DNA from: Candidatus Binatia bacterium
Lineage (GTDB): Bacteria; Desulfobacterota; Binatia; HRBIN30
Reading direction: 5' to 3'
NCBI GenBank assembly: GCA_038245295.1
Contig: JBBRSP010000014.1
Location: 32,001 to 96,000 of the forward strand
DNA length: 64,000 nucleotides
The stretch's first letter is position 1; every line of letters begins with the position of its first letter. This document shows positions 17,421-26,974 of this stretch, piece after piece. The notes beneath the pieces are model-generated. The model searched no databases. It was not told the origin of the DNA and saw nothing but the letters and a program-made list of their open reading frames with translations. The position numbers were made by a program, and so were the translations under genes.

Positions 17421-18860
17421 TCATACTTGAGACTCACCAGGACCCGCCGCCTGTACTTGCCACTCCATACCGTACACCCCGAGCCATTCACTCAAAGCCG
17501 GCAAAATCCGACAATCCACACCTGCCGACTCACAAGCCGCCTGCACTTCGCTGATCGTGCTGGAGGCCATATCGGAGCGGCAGACAAACACGGCTTGAAC
17601 GTTGTTGACCGATATTGCAAGCGATAACTCAGCCACACCGCCCAAAACCTTGATCCCGTGGATCCTCGAACCCCACTTCTCATGGGACTCATCAACGAAA
17701 GCGATGGGCTCATACCCAGAATTGGGGTCGTCGAGCAAGACTCGGCTAAGTAATTCCCCCCAGCTTCCGGCGCCCACGATGATGACCCTCGTCCGCTGGT
17801 TGGTCGCATCTTTCGGGTGCCGCCGCACCCAGGCGCGCAAGGTAACGCGGGTTCCGGACATCAGGCAAAGCAACAACGCCCAATCGTAAACGAAAACCGA
17901 ACGGGGGTGATACTGCAATCCGACGAAATACGTCAGACCGCCCATCACGATCGATCCCACCGTCACCGCTTTGAAGAGAGCGATGAGGTCCCAGTAACCA
18001 AAGTAGCGAGCCAGGTGCTGGTATGCGCCGAAATAGACCAGCAGCGGTGGTCGCACGAGGACAATGAGCAGCATCGTTTGCGGCAAGTAGCCGGCGTGTG
18101 GCCACTCCATATCGAAGCGCAAGAGCACCGCGAGAGAATATGTGAGCAAAGATATGGCAATATCAACGGCCATCAGCGCGGCGCGGCGGCGCCGACGCCA
18201 GATGTATTTGGCGTGGAAGGCACCAACGACGGTGACCCAGACACCATGGAAGAGCAGACGCAGGTCCCCCCCAAATGTCGCCGTGCGGACGTACTCTAGG
18301 TCGCGTGCCAGCTTGGGGGGCAAAATGTGATCGACGTAATAACCTTCCGTGTCCGCAAGGCCGTCGGGATAGTCCTCGACTTCATCTCGACCCTCGATCT
18401 GACTGGGGCCGACGATCCCGGGCCGCAACGACAGCACCTGGCGTTGCAACGGACTGTAGTACTGGACGAAGTGTGGATCCTCGGGGCGGGGACCGATCAT
18501 GCTCATCTCGCCGCGCATCACATTGAGGAGTTGCGGCAACTCATCCAACTTGGACCAGCGCAAAAGTTTACCCAAACGAGTGACGCGCGGATCCCGTTTG
18601 ACGGTCAGGCGCGAACCCATCTTGTGCGCCCCGTCGACCATCGTGCGGAACTTGAAGATGTGAAAGGGCTTCCCGTACTGGCCAACACGGCGCTGACGAA
18701 AGAAAATCGGTCCAGGGGTATCGAGCCTGATGAGAATCGCCACCAGGATGAACACCGGCATCACACACAACATGCCCAGTGAGGCGAGCAGAAAATCCAG
18801 CAGGTGCTTGGCGAACAGACCCGATGCCGATAGCGCGCGCGTCGCACCCACCGCTTTCAT
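17421..18860 (-). CDS. Initiating phosphoglycosyl transferase (Bac_transf) fused to CapD-like TM and CoA-binding-like domains
   Basis: KHLLD, GPIFFRQRRVG, KFRTM, DPRVT, LDELPQLLNV, SMIGPRPE; then four TMs and IVGAGSWG...IHGIKVLG. Start uncertain. Confidence 0.85.
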   Translation of the reverse strand: MKAVGATRALSASGLFAKHLLDFLLASLGMLCVMPVFILVAILIRLDTPGPIFFRQRRVGQYGKPFHIFKFRTMVDGAHKMGSRLTVKRDPRVTRLGKLLRWSKLDELPQLLNVMRGEMSMIGPRPEDPHFVQYYSPLQRQVLSLRPGIVGPSQIEGRDEVEDYPDGLADTEGYYVDHILPPKLARDLEYVRTATFGGDLRLLFHGVWVTVVGAFHAKYIWRRRRRAALMAVDIAISLLTYSLAVLLRFDMEWPHAGYLPQTMLLIVLVRPPLLVYFGAYQHLARYFGYWDLIALFKAVTVGSIVMGGLTYFVGLQYHPRSVFVYDWALLLCLMSGTRVTLRAWVRRHPKDATNQRTRVIIVGAGSWGELLSRVLLDDPNSGYEPIAFVDESHEKWGSRIHGIKVLGGVAELSLAISVNNVQAVFVCRSDMASSTISEVQAACESAGVDCRILPALSEWLGVYGMEWQVQAAGPGESQV

Positions 18861-18897
18861 ATCGCCAGCGTCGAAGGCGAGGCCTTCGTCGCCGAGA

Positions 18898-20094
18898 TCA
18901 GCGCCGATTCGCACCAAGTATCCTCCGTAGGGCGTCGGCAACATGGGCTACGTCATCATCGGTCATGAGCGTAAAGAACGGCAACGATAGAATCGTCTCG
19001 GCGGCGGCGGACGCCACCGGTAGATCTCCCAGTTCGAGCCCGAAGGCATCGCGATAGAACGAGTGCATATGCAGCGGGATGAAGTGCACCTGGCTGCCAA
19101 TGCCGACGGCCTTGAGCTCTTCGATCACGGCATCTCGATGGATGGTGAGACGCTCCGGCCGCATGCGGATTACGTAAAGGTGCCAGGCGTGCTCGACGTC
19201 CGGCCGGGTTACCGGCAACTCGATCGTATCGACATCCGCCAGATACCGGTTGTAGAGCGCGGCGATCTCCTGGCGGCGGCGGTGAAGATCGGGCAGGCGG
19301 CGCAGCTGGACGATGCCCATCGCCGCGTTGATGTCGGTCATGTTGTACTTGAAGCCCGGATAGGAGACGTCGTACCGCCAGGACCCCTCGCTGCTGTAGC
19401 GGCGCCAAGCATCTCGGCTCATGCCGTGCAAACGACGTGTTCGCATGCGGTCGGCCCATTCCTGGTTCTCGGTGGTCAACATGCCACCCTCGCCCGTGCA
19501 CAGGTTCTTGGTGGCGTAGAAGCTGAACGCCGTAATGTCGCCGATGCTGCCGATATCGCGGCCGCGGTATTTTGCCGGCAGCGAATGTGCGGCATCTTCG
19601 ATCACGACCAGACTCTTGGCCTTGGCAATTTCGAGGATGGGCGCCAGGTCGACTGGATGCCCCGTATAGTGAACCGGCACAATCGCACGCGTCCGCGGCG
19701 TGATCTTTCGTTCGATATCGGCGGGGTCGATGTTGAGCGTGTCTGGCTGAACATCGGCCAAGACTGGCTTGGCGCCGGCATGAATGATCGTCGCACCCGT
19801 CGCCGTAAACGTCATTGTTGTGGTGATCACCTCGTCGCCGGCATCCAGATCCAGGGCGTCGAGCGCCAGATGCAACGCGGAGGTACAGGAGTTGACCGCG
19901 ATGGCGTTGCTGGCGCCAAAGCGAGCCGCAAATTGTTGCTCGAACTCGTGGGTTCGGGGTCCCACTGTGATCCAGCCGGAGCGCATCGTTTCGACAACGG
20001 CAGCAATCTCTTCTTCCCCGAGATCCGGTTTGTAGAAGGGTATTTGCCGCTGCACGGCCGGGGGTGGGGCGACCACCGCGCTGGGTTTGCTCAC
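18898..20094 (-). CDS. DegT/DnrJ/EryC1/StrS PLP-dependent sugar aminotransferase
   Basis: NSCTSALH, EDAAH, FSFYATKNL (PLP Lys), GEGGM, GFKYNMTD, LSLP. Confidence 0.95.
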   Translation of the reverse strand: MSKPSAVVAPPPAVQRQIPFYKPDLGEEEIAAVVETMRSGWITVGPRTHEFEQQFAARFGASNAIAVNSCTSALHLALDALDLDAGDEVITTTMTFTATGATIIHAGAKPVLADVQPDTLNIDPADIERKITPRTRAIVPVHYTGHPVDLAPILEIAKAKSLVVIEDAAHSLPAKYRGRDIGSIGDITAFSFYATKNLCTGEGGMLTTENQEWADRMRTRRLHGMSRDAWRRYSSEGSWRYDVSYPGFKYNMTDINAAMGIVQLRRLPDLHRRRQEIAALYNRYLADVDTIELPVTRPDVEHAWHLYVIRMRPERLTIHRDAVIEELKAVGIGSQVHFIPLHMHSFYRDAFGLELGDLPVASAAAETILSLPFFTLMTDDDVAHVADALRRILGANRR

Positions 20095-20137
20095 AACATC
20101 ACCACCTTCTTCACCAAATGTTCGCGCATCGAGAGTC

Positions 20138-20935
20138 TCATCGTTGTGCGCCTACCGCCGCACGCGGCACGTCGGCACCGGCAACCACCTCCGTCGCTTG
20201 ACCGCGCACGAACACGCCCAGCATATCGGCCTTCAGGACATCCAGGCCCAGGCGATCAATCAGGCGCTCGAAGAGTAGAGAGAGCGCGTACAAGGGGCGC
20301 ACAAAACCGAACGAGTGTGCCAGGGCGAGGCGTTCGAGCCGATCTTCACGGAAGTTGGAGCTCGCCGCCAGGCGTCGCAGCGCCGCGGCGGAATTGGCGC
20401 GGTAGAAGGTCGGGAACAGCTCCTCTTCAAAATCCTGCCATTCGCCGCGCGCGAAGTAATACGAGACCTTCTTGAACAGTAGGTGGAAGCGGTAGGGGGT
20501 CAACGACGCGACGATCATCGCATAGTTGAAGCGATTGGGAGTGAAGGCAATGAAACGCCCACCCGGGCGGCTGATGCGTGCGACTTCACGAAACACAGCG
20601 TCCGGATCCTCCAGGTGTTCAAACACCATCGCTGCCGTCACCAGGTTGAAGGTGCCGTCGCGGAACGGCAACGCCGCCGCGTCACAGACCACCAGATTGC
20701 GGATGCTCGTATGCTTGGACAAGTACGGGTCGCGATCACAACCAACCGCCAGGGTGGCGCGCCGCGGTAGATCCTGGTTGAGGTCGTCATCGGGACAGAT
20801 CTTCTTGCCGCAGCCGATATCGAGCCAGCGGGTCTGGGTTCCGACAGTGGCGTCGAGGAGCCCCTGGTAGATCGCCTTCGGAGACTTGTAGTCCGGATAG
20901 AAGCGCCGAATCATTGCGGCGTTGCGGCCCAACAT
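20138..20935 (-). CDS. Class I SAM-dependent methyltransferase
   Basis: WLDIGCG, DAAALPFRDGTFNLV, VFEHL, RPGG. Start set at ATG 20935 (TGATG overlap). Confidence 0.88.
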   Translation of the reverse strand: MLGRNAAMIRRFYPDYKSPKAIYQGLLDATVGTQTRWLDIGCGKKICPDDDLNQDLPRRATLAVGCDRDPYLSKHTSIRNLVVCDAAALPFRDGTFNLVTAAMVFEHLEDPDAVFREVARISRPGGRFIAFTPNRFNYAMIVASLTPYRFHLLFKKVSYYFARGEWQDFEEELFPTFYRANSAAALRRLAASSNFREDRLERLALAHSFGFVRPLYALSLLFERLIDRLGLDVLKADMLGVFVRGQATEVVAGADVPRAAVGAQR

Positions 20936-22284
20936 CAGGCGCGTCCTCCCACCGCCGCAAGACGCTCGGAGGCGACAGTCCACTCGGGCACGAGCATTTG
21001 AATTAGGCGTTGTACGTTGGCGTCGCCGTCGAACTCGGCGAGGATGCGTCGCCGGGCGGCACGCCCAAGGCGTTGTCGTTCCTCTCGACTTTGCGCCAGC
21101 CGCCGTACCGCGTCGACGATCGGCTCGACGGCATTCGGCTCCACCAGAAAGCCGCACTGGCTGTCGTCCACCAACTCTTCCGCGCCGGGAATACGCGAGG
21201 CAATCACCGGCAACCCCATTGCCATGGCTTCGACGATGACATTGGCGATCACGTCGCGGCGACGTGATCGGCCGGCCAACTCGCTTGCCAGGACAAACGC
21301 GTCACTCATCGCCAACATCTCGACCAATTCTTTGTGAGGCCGTCCGCCGAGCAGGCGAATGTGGTCCTGTAGGCCGAGCTCGCCGATCTGCCGTTCGAGG
21401 TTAACGCGTTCGACACCTTCGCCGACAATCCAACAGCTGACGTCGACACCTTCGCGGCGCAGTCGGGCACATGCTTCGACCAACAGATGCATGCCCTTGT
21501 AGCGTTCGAGTTGCCCGCAGGAGCCGATGACAAGACGATCTGACAATTTGCCCTCTTGGCTCACCGGGGTGAAGCGCGAGATATCAACGCCGTGATAGTT
21601 GACGTGGATCTTCGCCTGCAGCGGGGCGGCAACCAGTTTTGACAAGAAACGCTGATTCGTTTTGGCACATGTGACCACGAACTCAGCCGCGGCAATCTTC
21701 GCCGGCAACATGCGCTGGGTCATGTAGATATCGTAGGCGTGGGCGCTGATGCTGAACGGTAGGCCAGAAAGCCGATTCACCAAGAAGGCGACCGTCGCCG
21801 GGTATGTCGCCCAGTGCACGTGCAGATGGGTAATCCCGTCCTTCTGCAAACGCTCGTTGAGGTGGATCGCCGTCGGGATGAGCGCCAACGATTTGATGAG
21901 ATACGGAAAGGGATGTCCATTGAGCCAGCCACGCAAGCGATTGTAGAGCGTGGCGCGGCTACGTGCGGCGGTCGACTCTTGCTGCGGCGCCTCGGCGCCG
22001 GTACGCCACGCACTGACGACGGCGGCGATAAGTCCGAAAAACCTCCGCGGCGAGCGAACGAGCAAACCGGCGGTTGCCGCCAATGCCTCAGCCGACGCCA
22101 TCGCCGGCAGGTAGGCGACTGTCTTGGCGATAGCGGCGCCCTCGGGTTGTTGGCGCTCGGTACCGGGCCACATCGAGTAGATCAGCGGCTGGACACCGTG
22201 GCGCTTGAGTCCCAGGACCTCCCAGAGCACGAAGGTCTGGTGAAACACCGGAAAGGCTGGGAACAAGTAGCCGAGCTTCGTCAC
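20935..22284 (-). CDS. Glycosyltransferase family 4 (WcaL-like)
   Basis: FP..HQTFV..E, HLHVHW, SAHAYDIY, YHGVD, YKG, RDVIANVIVEAMAMGLPV. Confidence 0.9.
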   Translation of the reverse strand: MTKLGYLFPAFPVFHQTFVLWEVLGLKRHGVQPLIYSMWPGTERQQPEGAAIAKTVAYLPAMASAEALAATAGLLVRSPRRFFGLIAAVVSAWRTGAEAPQQESTAARSRATLYNRLRGWLNGHPFPYLIKSLALIPTAIHLNERLQKDGITHLHVHWATYPATVAFLVNRLSGLPFSISAHAYDIYMTQRMLPAKIAAAEFVVTCAKTNQRFLSKLVAAPLQAKIHVNYHGVDISRFTPVSQEGKLSDRLVIGSCGQLERYKGMHLLVEACARLRREGVDVSCWIVGEGVERVNLERQIGELGLQDHIRLLGGRPHKELVEMLAMSDAFVLASELAGRSRRRDVIANVIVEAMAMGLPVIASRIPGAEELVDDSQCGFLVEPNAVEPIVDAVRRLAQSREERQRLGRAARRRILAEFDGDANVQRLIQMLVPEWTVASERLAAVGGRA

Positions 22285-22286
22285 GA

Positions 22287-23162
22287 TCAGAATCCACCCT
22301 CTTCGGCAAAACGCAACAAGCCCGCGGCCTTGCGCCAGAACGTGTCATCGCGATGCGCGGTCCAGCGACGCACCATGACGCGGCTCATCGGCGTGCGCAG
22401 GAAAGCCGCCAGCAACGGATGGAAGACGACGCGCTGGCGCAGCGGACGAGCCTCGAACCCCATGCCGAACTTGAACTGATCCAGCGGTCCAACCGGCTCG
22501 AGCGATTCCAACCCGAAGGTGATCTTTTCGACCTGGCGTCGGACGAGCATCTCCTCGGTCACGGAGTAGATCAACGCGTTGTTCGGATAGGCACCGAGGT
22601 CATCACTGCACGAGCGCGCCAGCATGAACTCGACGCCATCCTCGAAGCTGACGCTCACCAGGAAGGCGGCAACACGCCCGTCGACCCGCGCTGCCCAGCC
22701 TTCAAATCCCGGCGCTGCGTCGGCGGCACGCCAGAAGCGATCCCATCGATCCTCGCCCATCCCACCGTCGCGGCCCTGGCGCGCCAACGTGTCGGTATGG
22801 GCTTGACGCCCTTCCACAGCCAGATCGGAGAACGAGATCGGTCCGACTTCGCAACGACGCAGCCCACGTCGCACCTTACTGCGGAGGTTGGCGCTCAGAC
22901 CGGCAAGGCCATAGTCGCGATTGTCACAGACGATCTGATAGCTCAGCTTGCCGCTCGCCGAGAGCGGTGCCGCATAACGCGCACCGAGGCATTGCCGTAG
23001 GACTTGTCGAACTTCGACGTCGCTCGGTGCGTACTCGCGGTGCGACGGAGCACTCAGGAAGAAGAACCGGTTCGCGTTGTACCACTGCGCCGACGGCGTT
23101 TGGACAATCCGGTGCCCCAAAGCGCGCAGAAACTTCGCGTATGCATCGGCACTCATCGACAT
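22287..23162 (-). CDS. GNAT/FemAB-like acyltransferase
   Basis: LSANLRSKVRRGLRR, YPNNALIY, LDQFKFGMGF, typical of the FemAB-type GNAT fold. GAGG RBS before ATG 23162. Confidence 0.65.
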   Translation of the reverse strand: MSMSADAYAKFLRALGHRIVQTPSAQWYNANRFFFLSAPSHREYAPSDVEVRQVLRQCLGARYAAPLSASGKLSYQIVCDNRDYGLAGLSANLRSKVRRGLRRCEVGPISFSDLAVEGRQAHTDTLARQGRDGGMGEDRWDRFWRAADAAPGFEGWAARVDGRVAAFLVSVSFEDGVEFMLARSCSDDLGAYPNNALIYSVTEEMLVRRQVEKITFGLESLEPVGPLDQFKFGMGFEARPLRQRVVFHPLLAAFLRTPMSRVMVRRWTAHRDDTFWRKAAGLLRFAEEGGF

Positions 23163-23169
23163 CGATACC

Positions 23170-24606
23170 TCAGAATGCCTCAGAGTAGGGCCTTGGTTGG
23201 TGCATGATGATGCGGCGCATAACCATCGATAGACCAACCAACCAGAAGAGAATCACGAGCTGCCAGAGATCAGCAAACGCCGAGAAGAAGACCATGACCA
23301 AGAAGCTCGTCTTCGCGGCTTTGATGACCCACTGAAGGTCGTGCGCCTCCGTATCCGGATCCGCCGCCGCGAACTCACACCAACGAAGGTTACGCCATGT
23401 ACTCCATAGCAGTGCCAGGAAGGCGAACAGGCAGAAGATCCCACCCTCGACCATGGCCAGCAGATACGAGCTGTGTGGCGCGGTCGTGGAACGCGCCGGA
23501 TCCTTCAGGTAACGCGCCACCTCCCAGTTTCCCATTCCGACGCCAAGAAGCGGGTTGTCCAAGAAGATATCGAAGGCGACCCCCCAGGTTCGGGCGCGAC
23601 GTTCGAGAGAACCGGACCCCTCACCCGATTGCCCGGCTTCTGTTCCGGGGAGGTTGGTGATGCGGTCTAGACTACGCTGTGGAACAAACGCGACCGCCAA
23701 CAATACGAGCATCGCTCCGGCAATGGCCATGCTCAGCAGGCTGGAGATGCTCAATCTTTCGTCGATGATGATCACGATCATGCAGACGGCCATACCCAAC
23801 ATCCCGGAACGCGAGGCAGTCATCATTACCGCCAGAGCCAGAACAACAATCGTCGGAATGATCAGATAGCGCAGCCCCGGGGTCTGCAGGGACCGCATCA
23901 GGTACCACAAGCCGGCGATCGCCATGATCGCGAACATGGCCAGACGATTCGGATTGTACGCCGAGGCGATGAGTGCCGCCTCAGTGGTGGCGCGATAGCC
24001 GTACAAACCGCCACCGGACAGAACGCCTTGGACGCCGCTCAGCGCGCTGGCCACCATGAAGGCGACGGCGAGCAGATAAATCATCCGAACGTGTTCGGCG
24101 GTGCGGATGAAGTTGATGAAGAACACGGTAAACAAAACCCGGTTGATGAACGTTCGCAGGTTCGACGCGGCATGCTCTTGAACGCCGAGAAGGTCGCGTA
24201 AAGAGTCGTCGGGGCCATTCAGGCGGTCAGACAACAGGTACAGCAGGATGATCACGATGAACAGGCGAATCTCCGGGGAACGGATGAACCACCAATCCTC
24301 TTCCCGATAAAGCTTGTAGACCAGGAGGATGAGGAAAAGGCCGCCCATCGCGTTGTTGATGGTCAGAAGTCCCGAGCCTTGCAACGACGCGGGGTACGTC
24401 ATCAAGAACGTCGACAGGAAGAAGGCAATGCCGTACTCGGGACGCGCCACCACGACGGCAACAAACAGCATGCCGATCAGCGGCAGCAGCGCGAGGGTGC
24501 CGAGAACAACCGTACTGGTCGCCACCAAAGCGGCGAATACGACGAACGCGACTACCGGAAATAGACCTCGTGACCTAGTGTTTTGCGGCGAACCAATGGC
24601 CTGCAC
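23170..24606 (-). CDS. Wzy-type polymerase / O-antigen ligase family membrane protein
   Basis: Multi-TM; NPN, TASRSG, R...W...F.DNPLLGVG.GN, PHSSYL..MVEGG. Confidence 0.85.
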   Translation of the reverse strand: MQAIGSPQNTRSRGLFPVVAFVVFAALVATSTVVLGTLALLPLIGMLFVAVVVARPEYGIAFFLSTFLMTYPASLQGSGLLTINNAMGGLFLILLVYKLYREEDWWFIRSPEIRLFIVIILLYLLSDRLNGPDDSLRDLLGVQEHAASNLRTFINRVLFTVFFINFIRTAEHVRMIYLLAVAFMVASALSGVQGVLSGGGLYGYRATTEAALIASAYNPNRLAMFAIMAIAGLWYLMRSLQTPGLRYLIIPTIVVLALAVMMTASRSGMLGMAVCMIVIIIDERLSISSLLSMAIAGAMLVLLAVAFVPQRSLDRITNLPGTEAGQSGEGSGSLERRARTWGVAFDIFLDNPLLGVGMGNWEVARYLKDPARSTTAPHSSYLLAMVEGGIFCLFAFLALLWSTWRNLRWCEFAAADPDTEAHDLQWVIKAAKTSFLVMVFFSAFADLWQLVILFWLVGLSMVMRRIIMHQPRPYSEAF

Positions 24607-24618
24607 GCGAAGCCTCCG

Positions 24619-25344
24619 CTACAGGATCGCCTCCAGGAACGTGGGGATGTAGGACCGACGCCGGTTGAGCACAACGCCTAGAATTCGCCCACCTACCTTA
24701 TCGAGTTGGCGCTTGGCTGCCTCGGCCTCTGTCACCGGCGTGCGGTCCGCCTCGACCACAAGAATGACACCGTCGACCTTGGTCGCCATTACGCTCGTGT
24801 CGGCATAATTATTTACCGGCGGAGCATCGATGATAATGAAATCGTACTGCGACTGGAGTCGCGCCAACAACGAATCGATGACATCCAAGCCAAGCGTCGG
24901 GTTGGGCGCATTGCCGGCCGCAATCACCGACAGATTTAGATCTTCGATACGTGTGGCCAACGCTTCCGGAGCAACACGGCCGGCGGCATAGTCGGTAAGG
25001 CCGGCCGTCGTCGAGAGCGGCAACAAGACGCTGAGGCAAGGTGTCCGAACGTTGCCTTCCACCAGCAGTACACGCGTCTCTCGTTCTTTCGCTAGCGCCG
25101 TGGCCAAACCAATCGCCACCGTTGTCGTGCCTTCACCGTGCTGCGGCGCCGTTACCAAGATCGTGTGCAAGCCCGACGGAACCGCCATGGAGACCAGACT
25201 GGCGCGCAGGCGCTGATAGTCCTCCTGCACGGCCCCGTCCGTCTCCGCCGGTGCCAACAGGGAGACCGGGCGTTGAGGCACCCGGGTGCGACTCCGCTCG
25301 CGTTCTTGTTCCGCCTTCTTCAGCGCCTCGTAGATCTTGCTCAC
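24619..25344 (-). CDS. CpsD/CapB-family BY-kinase homolog with degenerate catalytic motifs
   Basis: MSKIYEALKKAE N-terminus, YDFIIIDAPP, DGVILVV, ILGVVLN. Walker A reads GEGTTT. Confidence 0.85.
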   Translation of the reverse strand: MSKIYEALKKAEQERERSRTRVPQRPVSLLAPAETDGAVQEDYQRLRASLVSMAVPSGLHTILVTAPQHGEGTTTVAIGLATALAKERETRVLLVEGNVRTPCLSVLLPLSTTAGLTDYAAGRVAPEALATRIEDLNLSVIAAGNAPNPTLGLDVIDSLLARLQSQYDFIIIDAPPVNNYADTSVMATKVDGVILVVEADRTPVTEAEAAKRQLDKVGGRILGVVLNRRRSYIPTFLEAIL

Positions 25345-25364
25345 GGCTCCCTCGTTCGCCTAGC

Positions 25365-26963
25365 TCAGACCTTTTGCGCTTCACCGATGCTGGCCAGCAA
25401 CGGTAGCCCAAGATGACGCGCGACATCCGTCTCCGAACGCAATGTACGTGTCATAAACTCGCGGCCAAAGGCGCCGGCGATTCCAACCACGAGCCCGGCG
25501 ATCACCGACAACATCGCCGAGGCGCGCTGTGTGTCGCTCTTCGGTAGAGGCAGAGCCGGACGCTGGACGACGTCCACGTTGACCAGCTTCTGCTCATCCA
25601 TCGCCTGCGAAATGCGCGCCTCTTGCTCGCGTTTGACGTACAGATCGTATGCCTCGCGCTTGTTCCGCACTTCCTGGTCGAGGTGGTCATAATCGACACT
25701 CTTCTGGCGCAGGGCGATCAGCCGTCGATTCGATCGGCTGACTTCATCTTCAAGGCTTGCCTGGCGAGCCCGCAACTCGCTCAGCGAGCTTTCCAACTCT
25801 AAAATGTTGCGCAGGCGATCCTCACGAATCGGATTGGTACGAAAGAGTTGATGCTGGATGATTGTCGGGCGGTCACGCAATTCCGCATCAAGCTGCCCGC
25901 GCAACTCCGAGATCTCATCGGCATTGTCGCTCACGTGACGATCTTTGTCGGTGTATTTGCGCATCAACGTGACACGATCGACCGTGCGGTCCACCAATTG
26001 AGCCGTCAATTGGGTCACGACCGGATTCACTTCGAGATACTGCGATCGCTTGACGATTTCCGGCTGGGCCGCCAGCTGATCACGCAGCACCCGCAGTCGC
26101 TCTTCGGCTCCTGAGACGGCGGTGCTGATCTCGCGCAATTGGCCGGATGCCTCGCCCGTCATGTGTACGGTCGTCGAGATCTCGTCGGTGGGCGACACGA
26201 CCCCTTCCGCCGTCGAGTAATCGATCAGCGTTTGCTCGGCCTTGCGCAGCGACTGTTCCAGCGCCCTCTTCTGCTCGTCGTAGAAACGCGACAACCCTTT
26301 ATTGCCGTGCACTTCCGCATGGTATCCGAGGTACTCGTCGACGACCCGGTTGACGACGCGAGCCGCCTTACTGGGATTGGTGTCGCGATACTCCACCTGG
26401 ATGATGTTGGAGGCTTTGACCGGCGTAATCATCAAGCGCGTCGCGAGGTCGTTGATCTGCGTCCCCAGCATCGCGCTGGCCACCGGCAGAGCCCCGTCAC
26501 CATTGCTGGCCAAGGAGCGCACTACCGAATCCAACAGGTCGCGGCTGCTCATGACGTGAACTTCAGAATTCACCAGTGACTCGTTGAGCTGGATGTTGTC
26601 CAACTTGGTCACCTCAGTGGGCTGGACCGTCGGGTCGGTACGCGACGTCGAGATCATCACCTTCGCCGTGGCGATGTATTTGGGCTTCTGCAGGCACGTG
26701 CTCAGCAATCCCGGCAACGCCACAGCCAGGAAGAGAATCCCGATCAGGCGTTTGCGTTTAAAGACGACGTGAAAGATGTCGCGGATCTGCTCGCCACCCG
26801 TCGGCGACCAACCGCCACCGTAGCCACCAACGTTACCGCCGTTGCCATTGTTCGAGCCGTTGCCGCTGTTCCCACCGTTGCCGCCGTTGGGACTACTGGG
26901 GCCGAAGGTATTGCTGTTTGCGTTGCGGCCCCCGTTGGGGCGACGTTGCGGTTCAAACGCCAT
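25365..26963 (-). CDS. Polysaccharide co-polymerase (Wzz/GumC, membrane half of a split Wzc)
   Basis: N-terminal TM, YIATAKVMI, SEVHVMSSRDLL, long coiled coil, C-terminal P..P then TM, LGLPLLASI. Confidence 0.88.
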   Translation of the reverse strand: MAFEPQRRPNGGRNANSNTFGPSSPNGGNGGNSGNGSNNGNGGNVGGYGGGWSPTGGEQIRDIFHVVFKRKRLIGILFLAVALPGLLSTCLQKPKYIATAKVMISTSRTDPTVQPTEVTKLDNIQLNESLVNSEVHVMSSRDLLDSVVRSLASNGDGALPVASAMLGTQINDLATRLMITPVKASNIIQVEYRDTNPSKAARVVNRVVDEYLGYHAEVHGNKGLSRFYDEQKRALEQSLRKAEQTLIDYSTAEGVVSPTDEISTTVHMTGEASGQLREISTAVSGAEERLRVLRDQLAAQPEIVKRSQYLEVNPVVTQLTAQLVDRTVDRVTLMRKYTDKDRHVSDNADEISELRGQLDAELRDRPTIIQHQLFRTNPIREDRLRNILELESSLSELRARQASLEDEVSRSNRRLIALRQKSVDYDHLDQEVRNKREAYDLYVKREQEARISQAMDEQKLVNVDVVQRPALPLPKSDTQRASAMLSVIAGLVVGIAGAFGREFMTRTLRSETDVARHLGLPLLASIGEAQKV

Positions 26964-26974
26964 ACAACGAAACC

